From positions 1,444,581 through 1,508,580 of the forward strand of contig JBJCIZ010000239.1 in NCBI GenBank assembly GCA_051294375.1: a stretch of DNA of 64,000 bases. Reading direction: 5' to 3'. The DNA comes from Paraspadella gotoi (taxonomy: Eukaryota; Animalia; Chaetognatha). How positions within the stretch are numbered: the first letter of the stretch is position 1; each line of letters begins with the position of its first letter. The notes below the pieces were generated by a model. That model saw only the letters and a program-made list of their open reading frames with translations, did not search any database and was not told where the DNA came from. Positions 60,101 to 64,000 of the stretch are shown in pieces. Position numbers and translations under genes: made by a program.

Positions 60101-62728
60101 TTCTTAAGAATAAAAATACATTTTGTCACACAGTATTATTCTGTGTAGGATTCGGAAGTAAATAAAGGAAAATGAGGCTTTTTAGAATGCACAAAGCTAT
60201 TCACGAGGTTAAATAATTAACTACATTAAATACGATTGACTAATTTTTCGCCAAATATTTTGATTTGTTCAAAGTTTGTAGAAATAACTATATAGGCCCA
60301 TCATGAGAACCAATCAATCAATTATATGGCCTAGAAACTTTAAATATACATTTTTCTCCAAATAACTTTTCTTTCATGACCGTCATGTTTCCAGTGGCGA
60401 AAGGGACGGAAAAATCTTTTGTTTACTAGACTTGTGGTCTTGTAGGAAATATAAATAAGTTAACCTAAGCTCGAAATTTATTTTTCACCCTTATACACAA
60501 TCAAATCGAGTAAATAATAATAATTACCTCCAAGCACCAATCACTTCTGCCTCCCCACTTACCCACCCACCCCCTACCTCACCCTCAGTCCACCCCACGT
60601 AACCTCAACCTTTCCCGCCTCCTTCTCGACCACGGCGCCAACGCCTCCGCCGTCGACACCTCTTCCTTCACGCCGCTCTTCTACGCCGCGGCGCGCGACG
60701 ACGCCGCATTCGCCGCGCTGCTGCTGGAGCACGGCGCCGACGTGGGAAAGTTCATCGGCGGAGTCTCGGCCGATCACGAGGACCGGATGATGCTCCAGCC
60801 GGCGGTTACGGTTCTTCACGTGGCTTTCGACGACGGACGCCGGGAAGTCGCCGAGACGATTTTGAAGCATCTCAAGAAGAAGGTGTGGCATAGAAGATTT
60901 GGCACTATTTAAAAATATTTTGGGTTAATTTTACTTTCGCCGATCGGGGTTAGAGGTTTACGGTTAGGGGTTAGGGTTAAAAGTGGTTTAGGGTTAAGGG
61001 TAGTTAGGGTTAAGAGGGTTTAAGGTTAGGGAAATCGGGTAATATTTTTTAAAATTTTTTTAAAAATAAATATTTTTAAATAATTTTATAAAATATGCCA
61101 AAACCCCGGTCTCTAAAAATAAAATTTAATTTATTTTTTTATTACCCTAACCTTAAACACTCGTAATCTTAACTACCCTTAACCACCCTTAACCCTAAAC
61201 CACCCCTAAACCATGCTTAACCCCTCCCTAACCCCATTCAGCGAAAGTAAAAATAGCAAAAAAACTGATTTGCATGTTGCAGAAAGATTCGTTTGAAATG
61301 AATTTTATATTTAATAATTTTTAAATAAAAAAAAATTATAAAATTAATATTATCATATTGGATTAATTTTACTTTCGCGGACGGGGTAATGGGGGGGTTT
61401 AAGGTTAAGGGTTTAGGATTAAGATTAGATTAAGGATAAGTGTTTAGGATTAAAATTAGATTAAGGTTCAAGTTTAAGATTAGATTAAGGCTAAGGGTTT
61501 AGGGTTAAGCTTAGATTAAGAATAAGATTTAAAAATTAATTTAAAAATTTAAAAAAACATATATATTCAAGTCAAATCTTAAAATTAAATTTAAAAAAAA
61601 CGAACAAAAGGGGAGCACTCTAAGAAAAGAGAGCCCATAAACAATTCCTTCCCCTCAAGGGCGCGTTGGCCGACATCGTGGACCGAGACGGAAACACGAT
61701 CCTCCACCACCTCGTCCGCTCTGGCCTCCTGGAAGAGGCCGAGGATTTGCTGCGCCGATTCTGCGGGAGATCGAAGACCGATCCTGGAGAGGCTCGTCGA
61801 GTGTCCGCCTTTGTCAACGCTGTCAACTCATTCGGGGAGACGGCGCTCCTCCTGGCGGTCAAGGTTCTTTTACACCATCGAGCGTTTCCTTATTTTTACA
61901 TTAATCGAAACCCATGTACGTCTATTAATAAGGGGTATAACAGTATAGGTCATATAAAGTATATAAAGGTTCACTTTAAAGCTGATGAGACAAACCTAAT
62001 ATTTTTTGCATAAAGTTTGTTATTTCTCACGCAAGCAATTCCGTTTATTGGAAAACGTAATGGGATCGAATTCTTAATTTCTAATAATCACGCCCCTTAG
62101 GCGTCGGCCTTTTATTTGGCCAACTCCCTCATGATCCTCGGCAGCGACTCTCCGGTCGAAGAGAGGATCTACGTCCCGAGATGCTCCGTATCGCGGGTTG
62201 GATTATATCTAATATTATTTCGATTTAATACGAGTACATATTGTACATATATATGTACAATCCAGTTATTAATATTTCCCCGGCAGGCCCTCTTCGTCAA
62301 AGTCTGCGCGACGCCCGAGTCGGCGGAGGCGACTCGGTCCTTAAATCTCTACTTCGCCTCCGGTCAACTGAAGAACCTCGACGATATTTGGCTGGAGGAT
62401 GTGGACGAGGCGTTTGACGATCTCGCTGAGGAGTCGTCGTTGTCGGAAGAAGGTAATTCCGTTTGCGTTTTGATAATTAATCGTTGATTTATATATTTAA
62501 CGTATTGTTGCTCAATTGCTCATGCGATATTTTCATTTGCCATCATCTCCAGTACTCCAAAGAGAGGGCGTCCCTCTTCTGGAACGCATGAAAATCTCCA
62601 GCCGAGCGCCCCTTAAGCTTCGGGATCAGGCCCGCTTGTTTCTTAGGCGTTACGTCGACGACGAGGAGTTGCCGCGACTTAATGGCGCGCCAAAGTGGAT
62701 ACGAGATTTCGTCGCTTTTAAACTGTAA
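40742..62728 (+). CDS. Ankyrin-repeat and SOCS-box protein (ASB-like), 7 exons, ~396-399 aa: 40742-40857, 41523-41670, 60589-60882, 61660-61863, 62101-62187 (or 62196), 62287-62452, 62553-62728
   Basis: Ankyrin repeats STPLGLAVYFGD...LLKAGADPN, EPPLTYLVRK|STPRNLNLSRLLLDHGAN, FTPLFYAA...LLLEHGADV, GNTILHHLV and GETALLLAV. C-terminal SOCS box PLKLRDQARLFLRRYV...APKWIRDFV. Phases are consistent; joining exon 2 to exon 3 over 18.9 kb is inferred. Confidence 0.75.
41790..47363. mobile_element. Foldback-like non-autonomous DNA element with ~1.2-kb terminal inverted repeats (41790-~43010 and ~46142-47363) and a 3.1-kb non-coding spacer
   Basis: Ends CAGTAACTTTTTTCTTTACTCGA...TCGAGTAAAGAAAAAAGTTACTG. 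Arms align along their length with substitutions, so not a read-error copy. No transposase ORF in the spacer. Confidence 0.85.
48515..48555. promoter_or_regulatory. Cluster of three CACGTG E-boxes (two as TCACGTGAC) ~500 bp upstream of the IQGAP ATG; candidate promoter
   Basis: CACGTG at 48520, 48528 and 48546, in a CpG-containing island between (GA)n at 48379-48459 and (TC)n at 48681-48761. Confidence 0.45.
49054..59836 (+). CDS. IQGAP: Ras GTPase-activating-like protein IQGAP, 8 exons, ~1,713 aa: 49054-49253, 49476-49767, 50164-51014, 51348-51530, 52277-53797, 54497-55238, 58113-58298, 58670-59836
   Basis: CH domain (AYEFLCHLEEIRAWI, LRNGVLLAKL, FKHTENI, VYEGKNTPK|LVFCLHA), IQGAP repeats, WW domain, four IQ motifs, RasGAP-related domain with diagnostic YYR (GNLIYYRFINPAI), and RasGAP_C ending INVNLLIFLINKKFYGK. 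Phases are consistent (5142 nt). Confidence 0.96.
51861..51904 (-). ncRNA. Degenerate minimal hammerhead ribozyme motif, probable Penelope-like element remnant
   Basis: The - strand reads GACG-ACGATGA-AGG...CC-GAAA-CATG-TC-CGTC: stem I GACG/CGTC, palindromic CATG stem III, and a core differing from CUGANGA at two positions. Confidence 0.45.
53810..54175. repeat. GGAAT/GAATT-pentamer satellite (24-bp higher-order unit GAAATGGAATAGAATTGAATTGAT) in IQGAP intron 5
   Basis: Directly visible tandem array. Confidence 0.95.
55481..57913 (+). mobile_element. Non-autonomous DIRS1-like (tyrosine-recombinase class) retrotransposon in IQGAP intron 6
   Basis: ~140-bp ITRs (55494-55635 / 57733-57876) with non-identical outer extensions. 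The internal complementary region 56378-56465 is the reverse complement of the right end joined to the left end through a shared ATTC. Frameshifted gag-like peptide at ~56600-57600; no RT motif. Confidence 0.88.
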
Positions 62729-63169
62729 TCTTGTTAAACAATTATTAATAATTCAAGTCAATTTTAGCTTTCGATTTTGTCATCTTTTTTGTTTAAAGTT
62801 TGAACTTTTAACTTTAAATATTCATGTTTAATATATTTATTTCACCATCTATTTGCTACAACTTTCATTGACTGTAGAACGACTAAACTAAGTTAAACTT
62901 AAAGGAAAACGCGTTAGTACACAGTATAATTTTTATTTAACTAAATTGTAGAAGGAAGAGAAGCCAATTCGGGTTCTTTTCCCAAGAATAAAACAAAATT
63001 CGTGACCGCGAACAAAGATAAAAGGAATGCACAACGAAAAAAAAAAACTAGTAAAATACTCAAATAAAATAAACTAATTAAAATTCGATAACTCGATTTT
63101 AAGCCGAACGGGAGAATTTAAAAAAAAATGAAGTCTATAAGAAATCTAGTGAGAGAGCGATTCTTGTTA

Positions 63170-63652
63170 TTAAGTTTGAACGCTCCTCTTCTTCGGCGCC
63201 ATTCTTCGGACGATAGCGGCGACGCCGGCGACGAGCACGGGTTCCAGCAGGGCCGCGCATCTCGCGTGCGGCGACGTGGGGGCGTGGCGGCGCCGAGACG
63301 AGGAGAAAATGCGCGAGGCGTCGGAAGAGAACGCCGCCAGCGTCGCGTAGCTGAAGGAAGACGATGGCGGTTAAAATTATTTCAGTAATTATTTAATCGA
63401 TTAGGAAAAGGAAAAAAAAATGTTAAAGCAAGTTGACTCGAGTACCGTTTAGCCAGGACCCTCTGTTCCAAAGTGGTGAGATCCATGTCGACGGCGGCGT
63501 TCTCGACCGGGTGGAGGAAGGGCCAGGCCATTTTATGACCCTTGAGGTTGTGGACGAGCTTCTTGAGTTCTTGCGTGTCGGCCGAGGAGAGCGGGTGGGA
63601 ATGGACGCGGGGGTCGCGGCTCAGTTGCTGGGTAAGTTCCTTTTTTAGGCAT
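63170..63652 (-). CDS. BPTF: Last two exons (63652-63446 and 63350-63170) of a BPTF/NURF301-like gene encoding a degenerate bromodomain; the gene extends beyond the window
   Basis: Spliced translation: [105 protein letters not shown]...VQT*. [11 protein letters not shown] is the BPTF bromodomain signature. The 95-nt GT-AG intron is in phase. Confidence 0.75.
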
Positions 63653-64000
63653 CTGGAAAGTAAGGGAGAAAAAAAATAACAATTTTATAAAATTCAGCTC
63701 CTTGTATTTTGATGCTAGTGCCGTTCTAATACTTAAGGGAGTGGTCTTTTCATACGATTGAAACATTTTTTAAAATATTATACCACTTCATTGATAGGGA
63801 AGCCAGGTTCACTGGGAGTGAATAAACAAGACTGTGAGAGAGTCTTGATTGAAAGCTTGCAGAAACCTGCTATGTCATTATCTTGTAAGTGTGATGGAGG
63901 CCTTAAACCACCAAAGCCTGTCCAAAGTCAGGGACAAGATAGCCTACTTATTAAACGAATGAATAATTTTTATAATGGTTGTACCAATTTCATAATATTA

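Noticed and set aside
63533-63766. ORF containing MPKKGT..., superficially like a ribosomal protein N-terminus
   Set aside because: Wrong frame; the alternative frame of the same exon gives the BPTF-type bromodomain with consistent splice phases.

Overview
Eukaryotic (animal-like) genomic DNA: AT-rich introns with many microsatellites, GC-rich exons, GT-AG introns and three short N gaps. All gene models were spliced by hand from the sequence. On the + strand: (1) a very large acidic, mostly disordered protein gene (ATG 7326, stop 24336, about 3,200 aa after repair), whose last exon is interrupted by a ~5.8-kb inverted duplication centred on a 25-N gap, most likely an assembly artefact; (2) a second long disordered ORF (to 28162) sharing an unrecognised ~320-aa C-terminal domain with gene 1; (3) a 16-exon TMC-family channel gene; (4) an ankyrin-repeat/SOCS-box (ASB) gene whose 18.9-kb intron 2 contains a foldback-like element and (5) a complete 8-exon IQGAP gene on the SAME strand. 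On the - strand are the last two exons of a BPTF/NURF301-like gene with a degenerate bromodomain. Mobile DNA includes a non-autonomous DIRS-like element with inverted termini and an internal complementary region, a tRNA-derived element with Helentron-like ends, a MITE family built of telomere-like repeats, and a degenerate Penelope-type hammerhead.
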